Part shown: piece by piece, positions 31,214 to 40,086 of the stretch | How the letters are laid out: each line of letters opens with the position of its first letter | Numbering within the stretch: position 1 is the stretch's first letter | Assembly (NCBI GenBank): GCA_964478715.1 | Contig: CAYZIY010000002.1 | Span: 113,068-177,067 of the forward strand | DNA length: 64,000 nucleotides | Direction: 5' to 3' | Source of the DNA: an uncultured Planctomycetales bacterium | Lineage (GTDB): Bacteria > Omnitrophota > Gorgyraeia > Zapsychrales > JBDRMG01 | Translations under genes and position numbers: made by a program | The notes under the pieces: model-generated | Databases searched by the model: none | What the model saw: only the letters and a program-made list of their open reading frames with translations | What the model was told of the DNA's origin: nothing

Positions 31214-31981
31214 ATGATAGATACCCACGCTCACATCGATCAAATTGAAAACATCGAGATCGCTATGAATGAAGCTTGGGATGCGGGTCTAAGCTCTATT
31301 ATTGCCGTTGGTGTTCATGGATTATCCAATCAAAAAAATCTGGAGCTGCAAAAACAATTCCATAATCCCAAAATATATGTGGCGCTGGGCGTGCATCCTG
31401 AATTTGCCAATCAAAAGCAAGCGGAAGAAGCTGTGCATTTTATTCGAGAAAATGTTAATCAGGCTATAGCGATCGGAGAGATCGGACTCGATTATTGGTA
31501 CCGCTGGGCGCGGAAGAAAGATGAGGTCAAAGAAAAATTAAGATATATCTTTCGTCTTCAACTCAAGATTGCTAAGGAGTCGGGATTGCCGGTCTTAATT
31601 CACAGCCGTGGAGCCTGGGATGACTGCTTTGACATCGTTAACCAACTAAGCATTGAAAAAGCCAACTTCCATTGGTATAGTGGTCCTGTAGATATTTTGA
31701 AGAAGATTTTAGAGAAGGGTTTTTATATATCGTGTACACCGTCATTAGCTTACAGCAAAGAGGCTCGGGAAGCTATTCAGCACACTCCAATTGAACAAAC
31801 ATTGATTGAGACAGATACCCCGGTTGTTTACCGATGCGATAACGGCCAAGGTAAATTCCGTGCTGCTCCCAAGGATGTGCTGCATACACTGAAAATATAT
31901 TGTAAGCTAAAAAAAATAGATCGTGAAAAGGCTAAAGAAATTCTTAATAATAATGCCCGAAAATTCTTTGAAATCGAATAA
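31214..31981 (+). CDS. tatD: TatD family hydrolase/DNase
   Basis: IDTHAH, GVHP, IGEIGLDY, IHSR, HWY, ETDTP. Confidence 0.93.
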   Translation: MIDTHAHIDQIENIEIAMNEAWDAGLSSIIAVGVHGLSNQKNLELQKQFHNPKIYVALGVHPEFANQKQAEEAVHFIRENVNQAIAIGEIGLDYWYRWARKKDEVKEKLRYIFRLQLKIAKESGLPVLIHSRGAWDDCFDIVNQLSIEKANFHWYSGPVDILKKILEKGFYISCTPSLAYSKEAREAIQHTPIEQTLIETDTPVVYRCDNGQGKFRAAPKDVLHTLKIYCKLKKIDREKAKEILNNNARKFFEIE

Positions 31982-31986
31982 GAAAG

Positions 31987-32316
31987 ATGGATCAATCATT
32001 CGGACGGGGACAATATATCGAAGGAACGAAGCGGCTTGAAGGCGAAATAGTCTTGAGTCGGTACAAGTTGTTCTGTAAAGGAGAGGCGGGCGATTTTCCG
32101 CAGACTTATATTCCGCTTGAGAAAATCGCCAGCATGAAGCTCAAAAGAGGAATGATTGAATTATTTGTTCGGCCTTCGGCTGTTATCCATTATACAGCTG
32201 TATTTAAGGGTGAGCCCGCTAATTGCAAGAAACTTTCTTTAACCTTGGCGATGCGGCTGAATATGAGAAAAAAGTTTTTCAGGGATCAATGGACGGGAGA
32301 AGTCAGCTGGAAATAG
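31987..32316 (+). CDS. Hypothetical protein (possible PH-like fold)
   Basis: 109-aa ORF tightly packed in the operon; beta-rich pattern GEIVLS..LF...YIPLEKI. Confidence 0.6.
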   Translation: MDQSFGRGQYIEGTKRLEGEIVLSRYKLFCKGEAGDFPQTYIPLEKIASMKLKRGMIELFVRPSAVIHYTAVFKGEPANCKKLSLTLAMRLNMRKKFFRDQWTGEVSWK

Positions 32317-32326
32317 GACTCAAAGA

Positions 32327-34417
32327 ATGATTAAGAGATTCGGACTCCTCATATTAATTGTGATTGTACTTATCGGATTTATCTGGCTGTATTATTCTTT
32401 TTTACAACCAAAACTGATGGTCGAAGACGTTTTGCCCAAAGACGCCCTCTTTGTCATGAAAATGAAGCATTTCGACCGTTTTCTAGATTTGGTCAGAGAC
32501 ATCGGTTTTTTGAACAAACTGGGTGAAGAAAGTTTTCAGGAATTAGAGAGGCGGTCTTTTTTTAGTCATCAGCAGCTTCAGATGATTTCAAAGGCACAGG
32601 GACTTATTAATCAAGATCAGAGCGGGCTGTTTCTGGCTCGTTTGCTTTTACGAGAGTTTACACTTTCGGCCTATGAAACAGAAACGCAAAGTTCAACAGA
32701 GAAAACAGTTTCTCCTTCAGCGGCAATTCTGATGACAGTTAGGCTCATTCCCTTTATTGATGTGACCGAGTTCTTAACCAGGAAAATTCTCAGCCTTCAT
32801 CCTCGCATTCACATTTCTTCAAGAAAATTCAAAGATTATACGATCTCTAAAATACATTTTTATAAACAACATCAACTTTTTCATGTAAAGATCGGTGATT
32901 TGCTGATTCTCTCGACCGATCGCGACTTGATCGAACATTGCATAAGCGTGGTTAGCGGACACAGAAAATCGTTACAAGAGAATCTTCGCTATCGATCGGT
33001 TGCCCAACGCAATTTCTCATCTCATGACTTGCTTATGTTTTGTGACTTGAACAGAATTTTGACTCAGAGTGAGCGCAGCTTAAATAATTGGATGAAGAAT
33101 TTTCCGGATTCTCAAAATGCTAAGCTGTTTTCTCAATTTCAGCGCTCACTTCAAGGACTGGACTTGATTTATCTCAACGGACGATTTGAAGAAACAGCTT
33201 TCATTAGCACATTCACGATTACAGTTAATCGCAATAAAGCCGGATGGGTGATTAGCAAATTAATCGATGAAAATGCTCAAGAAAACCATACGAAACTTTT
33301 TATTCCTTTTGATGCTTATGCCTATTTCTGGATGGACCGATTGGCTTTACCTGATATTCTAAGTAAGATCAACGGCCATTCCAGATTAAACAGCAGTATT
33401 ATCTTTGTCTCATTTCTTGGGGAGTATTTGAAAGAGATGGAGGGCATTCTCGGCGTTCCGCTTGAGCAAGAGTTGTCTTTCTTGCTTGAAAAAGAATGGG
33501 GTGCGAGCTTGTTTTCCATCGATTCGGATAAAGATATTCCCGAATTTAATTTTATTATTTTCGCTCGGGTAAAAGACCGTTATGAAACAAACCGTCTGAT
33601 TCGCGATCTTTTTGGTTTCAAACCAGAAACATTTACCCAAAAAGCATACAAACAATATAATATCACCGATGTGGCTTTTGCCTATCAAGAGCAGGTCGGC
33701 TTCAGTTATTGTTTTATAGATCAATATGTTTTGCTTTCAAACCATTCGGGCTCTTTGATGCGCGCTCTCGATGCTTATCTTGGCGATCAGGAGTCGCTTT
33801 TGACGCAGCCGTCTTTTGTCGGTCTTAATAATGAAATTTTTAATTGCAGCAATTCGGATTTTTTTATACAGTTTGATCGCCTGCTTCCCCGTTTAAAGGT
33901 TTTCAATCGGTGGATGATTGATTATTTCAAAAAAGAAGAACAACAAATGATTCGCGAAAAAAAACAGGCAAAAGAGCAACTGGCCTTATTGAGTATGAAT
34001 AAAAATACGGCTTATCAGGGAATTGCTAATTTTGAAATGGAAGAGCAGTCCTTGAAGGCAAAGATTGCCAAGGCGAAAAAGGAACAACAGGATATCAAGC
34101 CGCTGGCCCAAGAACTGTTGAAGATACAAGAACGCGTTGACACAGCTCAAAAACGTTTTTCAGCGATTAAAGAAGGAGAAGAATTTCTGCAAAATAAAAT
34201 CGAATACATCGATTTATTTTTGCAGAATTTGGACCCTGAAGCTTATCAAAAGATTTCGGATCAATGGATTAATCTTTTTTTAGAGAGTTTTGAGGGCATC
34301 GACAGTATCGTTTCTCAAACCCGCAATAGCCCAGAGGGTTTCCAGGGTTTGACGGTTGTGAATTTTTCAAAAGAGAATCGATTTAATCCTGCCGTTATTT
34401 TTGGACATAACAAGTAA
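32327..34417 (+). CDS. Membrane-anchored hypothetical protein (DUF3352-like) with late coiled-coil insert
   Basis: N-terminal TM then VLPKDALF; repeated 'GDLLILST' and 'DQYVLLSN' strands; heptad-rich segment at about aa 535-630. Confidence 0.6.
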   Translation: MIKRFGLLILIVIVLIGFIWLYYSFLQPKLMVEDVLPKDALFVMKMKHFDRFLDLVRDIGFLNKLGEESFQELERRSFFSHQQLQMISKAQGLINQDQSGLFLARLLLREFTLSAYETETQSSTEKTVSPSAAILMTVRLIPFIDVTEFLTRKILSLHPRIHISSRKFKDYTISKIHFYKQHQLFHVKIGDLLILSTDRDLIEHCISVVSGHRKSLQENLRYRSVAQRNFSSHDLLMFCDLNRILTQSERSLNNWMKNFPDSQNAKLFSQFQRSLQGLDLIYLNGRFEETAFISTFTITVNRNKAGWVISKLIDENAQENHTKLFIPFDAYAYFWMDRLALPDILSKINGHSRLNSSIIFVSFLGEYLKEMEGILGVPLEQELSFLLEKEWGASLFSIDSDKDIPEFNFIIFARVKDRYETNRLIRDLFGFKPETFTQKAYKQYNITDVAFAYQEQVGFSYCFIDQYVLLSNHSGSLMRALDAYLGDQESLLTQPSFVGLNNEIFNCSNSDFFIQFDRLLPRLKVFNRWMIDYFKKEEQQMIREKKQAKEQLALLSMNKNTAYQGIANFEMEEQSLKAKIAKAKKEQQDIKPLAQELLKIQERVDTAQKRFSAIKEGEEFLQNKIEYIDLFLQNLDPEAYQKISDQWINLFLESFEGIDSIVSQTRNSPEGFQGLTVVNFSKENRFNPAVIFGHNK

Positions 34418-35304
34418 TGATAAAAAAAATACTTCATAAGCAAGTTCTTTCGGGTTCTTATAAAATTCTGTGTTTTCACGATACTGCTATAGCATCTCGG
34501 GCGCAATGCGGTCAGGTCGTTTTCATCCAGGCAGATGCGGTGTCCCGGAGAATCCCGCTGGCCATCATGGATCAGGATGCCCGCAAAGGATTGGTGACGG
34601 TTGTGGTTCATGAAAATGATTCTGACTCAAAAAAATGTGGCTTAAAAAAGATCGGTGATGAAATATATTCCGTTAGCGGTCCTATTGGCAATCGAGCCCC
34701 GGTGGAAACCTATGGGAATGTTGTATGCATTGGTTTTGGATACGGTATTGCCCAAATATTTCCCGTGGCCCGTCAGTTAAGAAAAATGGATAATAAGGTT
34801 ATCGGTATTTTGGGTGCGGAGTCGAAATCTTCTGTTATTTTAGAGAGTCAAATGCGTTTATGCTGCAATAAGCTCACAATCGCCACCGAAGACGGTAGTT
34901 ATATGAGGCGGGGAGTAGTAACGACATTTCTTAAGGAAACTCTCAAGACACTCAAAGTTCAAGTTGTTTTCGCCGCTGGTGATCTGAATATTCTCGAAGC
35001 CATTTCTCAAGTGACTAAAGAAAAGAAGATAAAAACATATGTCGGTTTGCTTGAGAACATGTCTTGCGGTACGGGATTATGCGGAACATGCCGGACAAAA
35101 TCGTATGGTCGCGATGTTCTGACCTGTGCTGATGGACCTTTTTTTGATGGTCATAAGATAGATTTTTCGAAAACACGAATCAGTTATCATAATTCACCGA
35201 AAGGTCAAGGATGCCAATCGCAAAAATTCCTTGCCAAAATCCAAAGCGAAGACTCGCCAATTTCGATGAGGTCTCTTTTGGGTTTACCAAAAAGCAAGCC
35301 GTAG
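34417..35304 (+). CDS. NfnA/PyrK-like FAD/[2Fe-2S] electron-transfer subunit
   Basis: RRIPLA, GPIG, ATEDGS, MSCGTGLCGTCR...CADGPFF. Confidence 0.85.
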   Translation: MIKKILHKQVLSGSYKILCFHDTAIASRAQCGQVVFIQADAVSRRIPLAIMDQDARKGLVTVVVHENDSDSKKCGLKKIGDEIYSVSGPIGNRAPVETYGNVVCIGFGYGIAQIFPVARQLRKMDNKVIGILGAESKSSVILESQMRLCCNKLTIATEDGSYMRRGVVTTFLKETLKTLKVQVVFAAGDLNILEAISQVTKEKKIKTYVGLLENMSCGTGLCGTCRTKSYGRDVLTCADGPFFDGHKIDFSKTRISYHNSPKGQGCQSQKFLAKIQSEDSPISMRSLLGLPKSKP

Positions 35305-36569
35305 CAGAAGCCAAACGTTGTCCGCAGTGCGCGAAAGCCTCATGCGTCGAGGCCTGTCCTTTGGGCATTGATATTCCTGCTTTTATTCGGAAAATTCGGG
35401 AAGGGGACTATTCAAAAGCTCTTGAGAAAATTGCCGAGGAAAATCCTTTTCCCGGTATTTGCGGTCGAATTTGTCCGGCTCCGTGCGAAAAAAAATGCAT
35501 CTTAACGAAAGAAAATAACCCGCCGATTCAAATCCGTGAACTCGAGCGATTTGCTTCCCAGGTTGGAAATTTCAAATTGAATTTTTCAAGATTTAAGAAA
35601 GATAAAAAAAGCAAGGTCGCGCTTATCGGCTCTGGTCCCGCGGCATTGATGGCTGCTGCTCGGTTGATGAAAAACGGTTATAGCATCGGGATGTGGGAGG
35701 CCTTTCCTCAGGTGGGGGGAACCCTGAAATACGGAGTTAGTTCTTTAAGACTACCACAGGGTATTCTTGAGAAAGAAACCACTTGGTTGAAAAAAGCGTG
35801 CGAAGACTTACACCAAGATACTTATGTTGGCGCTAGTCTTTCACTTGAAGAAATATTTCAAAAAGGGTATCAAGCGATCTTGCTGGTCACTGGCGCCGGT
35901 GTTTTAAAATTCGAAGGGATCAGTCAGGACAATTTAAACAATTTGTTTTCGACACAGGAATTTTTGATGCATGTTCAGTTGCGTCAACAGAAATCACTGA
36001 AGAAGAATTTTCCTTTCCAGTTGGGTTCGCCGGTTGTTGTTGTGGGCTCGAGCAGTGAGGCTTTTGATTGTGCTCGGTTGTGCGTTAGGCAAAATTCTCA
36101 GGTGACTTTGATCAGTGAGTCGACCGAGGCGATGATCAGTGTTTCGGCTGCGGTTATAGAGCAGGCCGAGGAAGAAGGCGTCACGGTCGAAATTTTAACC
36201 AAAGCCCAGAAGATTCTAACGACAGAAGACCAGGATGTCTGCGGTTTACAGTGTCTTAAAATGGATTTTGCCGATCCCAATGAGGACGGACAGTGGAAAA
36301 TCATTCCGGTAGCTGGGTCGGAATTCGATATTCCGGCCGAAACCATTATTTGTGATGTACCACGCAAAGCCAATCATTATTTAAAAAGATATTATCCGCG
36401 GTTGAAGCTTAATAAAGATGAAAGCATATGGATCAATCGGGAAACATTTCAAACGTCAATGGAAGATATTTACGCAGCTGGCGCTCTCACGCAAGGACCA
36501 ATCAGTTTGATCGAAGCCTTGGCCAGCGGGAAGAAGGCTGCCCAGGCTATTAAAGAACAACGGGATTAG
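35211..36569 (+). CDS. NfnB/GltD-like Fe-S flavoprotein (degenerate)
   Basis: EAKRCPQC...CVEACP, CGRICPAPCEKKC, IGSGPAA; the second dinucleotide motif is altered. Confidence 0.85.
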   Translation: MPIAKIPCQNPKRRLANFDEVSFGFTKKQAVAEAKRCPQCAKASCVEACPLGIDIPAFIRKIREGDYSKALEKIAEENPFPGICGRICPAPCEKKCILTKENNPPIQIRELERFASQVGNFKLNFSRFKKDKKSKVALIGSGPAALMAAARLMKNGYSIGMWEAFPQVGGTLKYGVSSLRLPQGILEKETTWLKKACEDLHQDTYVGASLSLEEIFQKGYQAILLVTGAGVLKFEGISQDNLNNLFSTQEFLMHVQLRQQKSLKKNFPFQLGSPVVVVGSSSEAFDCARLCVRQNSQVTLISESTEAMISVSAAVIEQAEEEGVTVEILTKAQKILTTEDQDVCGLQCLKMDFADPNEDGQWKIIPVAGSEFDIPAETIICDVPRKANHYLKRYYPRLKLNKDESIWINRETFQTSMEDIYAAGALTQGPISLIEALASGKKAAQAIKEQRD

Positions 36570-36572
36570 CAG

Positions 36573-37415
36573 ATGGCCGTTAGCATCAAAGATATTCAAA
36601 ACAAAAAGAAAAATCAAAAAAAGATCATCATGTTAACCGCCTATGACTATCCGATGGCTTATGCGATTGATCAAAGCGGTATCGATATTATTCTTGTCGG
36701 AGATTCTTTGGCTAATGTTGTTTTGGGGTTGGAATCCACCCGACAGATCGGGATGCCGGAAATACTCCATCATGCCAAAGCTGTCCGCCGGGCAGTGAAA
36801 GAATCTCTGCTTGTTGTGGATATGCCTTTTGGATCTTTTCAGCAGGGAATCGATATGGCCGTAACCAATGCCGGCTGTCTGAAAGATGAGACCGGATGCG
36901 ATGCGGTGAAATTGGAGTGGTGCGATCAGTGCCCGAAGATCACTCAATCCATGGTGCAATCTGGTATTGAAGTGATGGGCCATATCGGCTTGACTCCGCA
37001 GGCTGTGACCGAAAAAAAAGGCATGCGAGTACAGGGTAAGAATAGCAAATCGGCTCAAACGATTATAAATCAAGCTAAGATTCTTGAACAAAGCGGTTGT
37101 TTTGCGGTTGTCTTAGAATGCGTTCCCCTTGAGCTGGCTCGGATGATCACAGAGAAAATTTCTATTCCCACCATCGGCATTGGCGCCGGATCTTTTTGCG
37201 ACGGTCAGGTTTTGGTGAGCCATGATCTGTTGGGATTTTTTGAGCGCTATCAGCCGAAATTTGTTAAAAGATACGCTGAACTTAATTCGGTTATTAAAGA
37301 ATCTGTTAGGCAATTCCGCAGCGATGTGGAATCCGGGCATTACCCTGATTCCAAACATTCGTTTCGTATGCCTGAAGAGGAATTGAGAAATGTTGACTTA
37401 AATTCTCAGCAATGA
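36573..37415 (+). CDS. panB: 3-methyl-2-oxobutanoate hydroxymethyltransferase
   Basis: MLTAYDY, LVGDSL, VDMPF, AVKLE, GHIGLTPQ, IGIGAG, DGQVLV. Confidence 0.96.
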   Translation: MAVSIKDIQNKKKNQKKIIMLTAYDYPMAYAIDQSGIDIILVGDSLANVVLGLESTRQIGMPEILHHAKAVRRAVKESLLVVDMPFGSFQQGIDMAVTNAGCLKDETGCDAVKLEWCDQCPKITQSMVQSGIEVMGHIGLTPQAVTEKKGMRVQGKNSKSAQTIINQAKILEQSGCFAVVLECVPLELARMITEKISIPTIGIGAGSFCDGQVLVSHDLLGFFERYQPKFVKRYAELNSVIKESVRQFRSDVESGHYPDSKHSFRMPEEELRNVDLNSQQ

Positions 37416-38368
37416 ACTGCCAACACCACCCCAACATTCAGGCTCAATATATTTGTGAAAGATGCAAAAACGCTTTTTGCGAACAGTGCGTGAATATCAA
37501 AAAATTCGCCGAAGCATTTACTGCCTATATTTGCAAAGAGTGTGGAGGCAAATGCGATCCGATTGTGAAAGATAAAGCGGTCTTTAAGTCTAAGGCTCAA
37601 TATAAAGAAACCAAAATAATCCGAACGGATACGAAAAAAGAAGAAAAAGTTGTCAAAAGGATTGAAAAGAAAACCAAGAGCCCTGATATGCCCCAGTTTT
37701 ATTCTCGCCTTCCCAGCTTGCTGATCTTTCCGTTTAAAGGATTTGGCATTTTTTATCTGCTTTTCTTTACCGGATTTCTCTATGGATTGGCTTTGCTTCA
37801 TCGATTGATTGGACCAGCCTCGGCAGCCATCAATGTTATTGCGGCCACCTTTTTTACGGTCTACTTATTTAAGCTGATCGAAGAGACCTCCGCCGGTTCT
37901 CTGCGATTGCAAGGCTTCGGCGATCTCAACTATTGGGTCTCTACGGCTCATTCGTCCATCGTTATTGCTTTAGGGCTTTTAATATGCTTCGGGCCTTCTC
38001 AAATCTATTTTTTATTAAGCAGGCGATTAGACTATTTCTTTGTCTTTCTTGTTTTTTGGGGACTGTTTTTCTGGCCGATGATTTTAACCCGGGTGGCTCT
38101 GAAGCGGAATTTTACGGCTCTCTGGCCCGATGAAATTATAAAAGGAATCTTCAGAAATCTGGCCGCGTATCTGACGATGGGACTGATTCATGCAGTACTT
38201 TTTTTTATCATTGTTATTTTATCAAACGACCTTTTAGCCGAGGAAGATCCCGCGATTCAGTTTTTGCGTTATTTGTGCATTATTGTTTTTTTCATCTGGG
38301 GAGTCCGGCTGGTCGGACTCTTTGCGCGTTTTGTTTATTGTAAAAATAAGATGAAGACTTTAAAATGA
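37412..38368 (+). CDS. B-box-type zinc-finger membrane protein
   Basis: CxxHP...CxxC...CxxC...CxxC N-terminus followed by about 6 TM helices. Confidence 0.7.
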   Translation: MNCQHHPNIQAQYICERCKNAFCEQCVNIKKFAEAFTAYICKECGGKCDPIVKDKAVFKSKAQYKETKIIRTDTKKEEKVVKRIEKKTKSPDMPQFYSRLPSLLIFPFKGFGIFYLLFFTGFLYGLALLHRLIGPASAAINVIAATFFTVYLFKLIEETSAGSLRLQGFGDLNYWVSTAHSSIVIALGLLICFGPSQIYFLLSRRLDYFFVFLVFWGLFFWPMILTRVALKRNFTALWPDEIIKGIFRNLAAYLTMGLIHAVLFFIIVILSNDLLAEEDPAIQFLRYLCIIVFFIWGVRLVGLFARFVYCKNKMKTLK

Positions 38369-38673
38369 AATGTTTCTTCTGCAAAAAAGAAATTCCTGAT
38401 GATTCGCTGTATTGCTGTCACTGCGGAAAAAAACAGGACGCCTCGGGTGCCGCCAGATGGTACCATCAAAAGAGCGTACTGATTACAGCTTTTTTTGTTA
38501 TCGGGCCTTTTGTATTATTTATGGTCTGGACGCACCCGACCTACTCAAAAAATAAGAAGATAGGCATTACAATTGCGGTTTTATGCGTAACATTTTTGCT
38601 CATTCTAGCATTGGTTCCTATGGTTTTGGTGATTGTGCGCTATTATCAATTAATGAGCCCTTGTGGATTTTGA
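38365..38673 (+). CDS. Zinc-ribbon membrane protein
   Basis: CFFCKKEIPDDSLYCCHCG followed by WY and 2 TM helices. Confidence 0.7.
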   Translation: MKCFFCKKEIPDDSLYCCHCGKKQDASGAARWYHQKSVLITAFFVIGPFVLFMVWTHPTYSKNKKIGITIAVLCVTFLLILALVPMVLVIVRYYQLMSPCGF

Positions 38674-38711
38674 CTGTTCTTTGAAAAACAAAAATAATGC
38701 GGACAATTTTC

Positions 38712-38740
38712 TTGCTTTTTAAGATACTTTTGGATAGAAT
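38712..38740 (+). promoter_or_regulatory. Promoter of glyQS with a very short leader
   Basis: TTGCTT-N17-TAGAAT, 9 nt before the ATG; no SD. Confidence 0.6.
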
Positions 38741-38749
38741 ACTCTTCCC

Positions 38750-40060
38750 ATGCGAAAAAATGATGTAATGGAGAAAATCGTATCACTTTGCAAGAGAAGA
38801 GGTTTTATCTTTCAGTCTTCGGAAATTTATGGGGGGTTGGCCAGTGCATGGGATTATGGACCACTGGGTGTGGAGCTTAAGCGTAATTTGAAAAACGCCT
38901 GGTGGAAGTCCGTCGTGCATGAACGAGATGATATGGTGGGTCTCGATGCCAGTATTTTGATGCATCCCCGCGTTTGGGAGGCTTCTGGTCATACCGAAAA
39001 TTTTACCGACGAGCTCATCGACTGCAAATCTTGTAAAAAGCGTTTTCGCATTGACCATATTCAGGGGGCCTGTCCCGAATGCGGTTGCAAAGATTTCACG
39101 GAACCGCGTGCATTTAATCTGATGCTCAAAACCTATTTAGGAGCCGTTGAAGAGGCTAGCAGTATCTGTTATTTGCGACCCGAAACCGCCCAGGGGATCT
39201 TTGTTAATTTCTCAAATGTGATCGACACAGCCAGAAAAAAGCTTCCCTTTGGCATTGCGCAAATCGGCAAAGCCTTTCGCAATGAAGTAACCCCCGGAAA
39301 TTTTTCGTTTCGTACCCGGGAATTCGAACAAATGGAAATCGAATATTTTACCCTACCGGAAGAATCCAATCGTTTCCATGAGAAGTGGATCGAAGAAAGA
39401 TTCCAGTGGTATTTACATATGGGTTTGCGACGAGAAAAACTCAAGCTGCGCAAACACGCTGATGACGAACTGGCTCATTATGCCAAGGGATGCACCGATA
39501 TCGAATATGAGTTTCCGTTCGGATGGTCCGAACTTGAAGGTATCGCCAATCGGGGGGATTTTGACCTGAAGCAGCATTCGGAAAATTCGGGAAAAGATTT
39601 ACTTTTTCAGGATTCCGTTTCCCACAAGAAGTTCTTTCCTTATATAATTGAACCGTCCGGTGGTGTTGATCGGGCAGCGCTCGCTTTTCTCGTCGATGCC
39701 TATCACGAAGAACAGGTGGACGGAAAGTTGCGGGTCGTTTTACGTTTCGGCAAGGATTTGGCCCCTGTGCAGGTGGCGGTTTTGCCGCTGTTAAAGAAAA
39801 ACGGCGATATCGTTTCATTGGCCATAAAAATCAAGCAGGATTTACTGAAAGATTTCGTAACAGTTTATGACGATACGGCTTCTATCGGAAAGCTGTACCG
39901 TCGTCAGGATGAGATCGGGACTTTCTTCTGCGTGACTGTAGATGTCCAGTCCATCGAGGATCAACAGGTAACCGTTCGTGATCGAGATACGATGACACAA
40001 GACCGCATCGGGATCGATCAACTGAAAAACTATCTTAAAAACCAGTTCAGCAATCGTTAG
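38750..40060 (+). CDS. glyQS: Glycine--tRNA ligase, homodimeric (alpha2) type
   Basis: KRRGFIFQSSEIYGG, DYGPLG, LRPETAQGIF, FRNEVTP, RTREFEQME, IGKLYRRQDEIGT. Confidence 0.97.
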   Translation: MRKNDVMEKIVSLCKRRGFIFQSSEIYGGLASAWDYGPLGVELKRNLKNAWWKSVVHERDDMVGLDASILMHPRVWEASGHTENFTDELIDCKSCKKRFRIDHIQGACPECGCKDFTEPRAFNLMLKTYLGAVEEASSICYLRPETAQGIFVNFSNVIDTARKKLPFGIAQIGKAFRNEVTPGNFSFRTREFEQMEIEYFTLPEESNRFHEKWIEERFQWYLHMGLRREKLKLRKHADDELAHYAKGCTDIEYEFPFGWSELEGIANRGDFDLKQHSENSGKDLLFQDSVSHKKFFPYIIEPSGGVDRAALAFLVDAYHEEQVDGKLRVVLRFGKDLAPVQVAVLPLLKKNGDIVSLAIKIKQDLLKDFVTVYDDTASIGKLYRRQDEIGTFFCVTVDVQSIEDQQVTVRDRDTMTQDRIGIDQLKNYLKNQFSNR

Positions 40061-40086
40061 CAGGGCGAAAGGAGTAGTTGTAAGAA

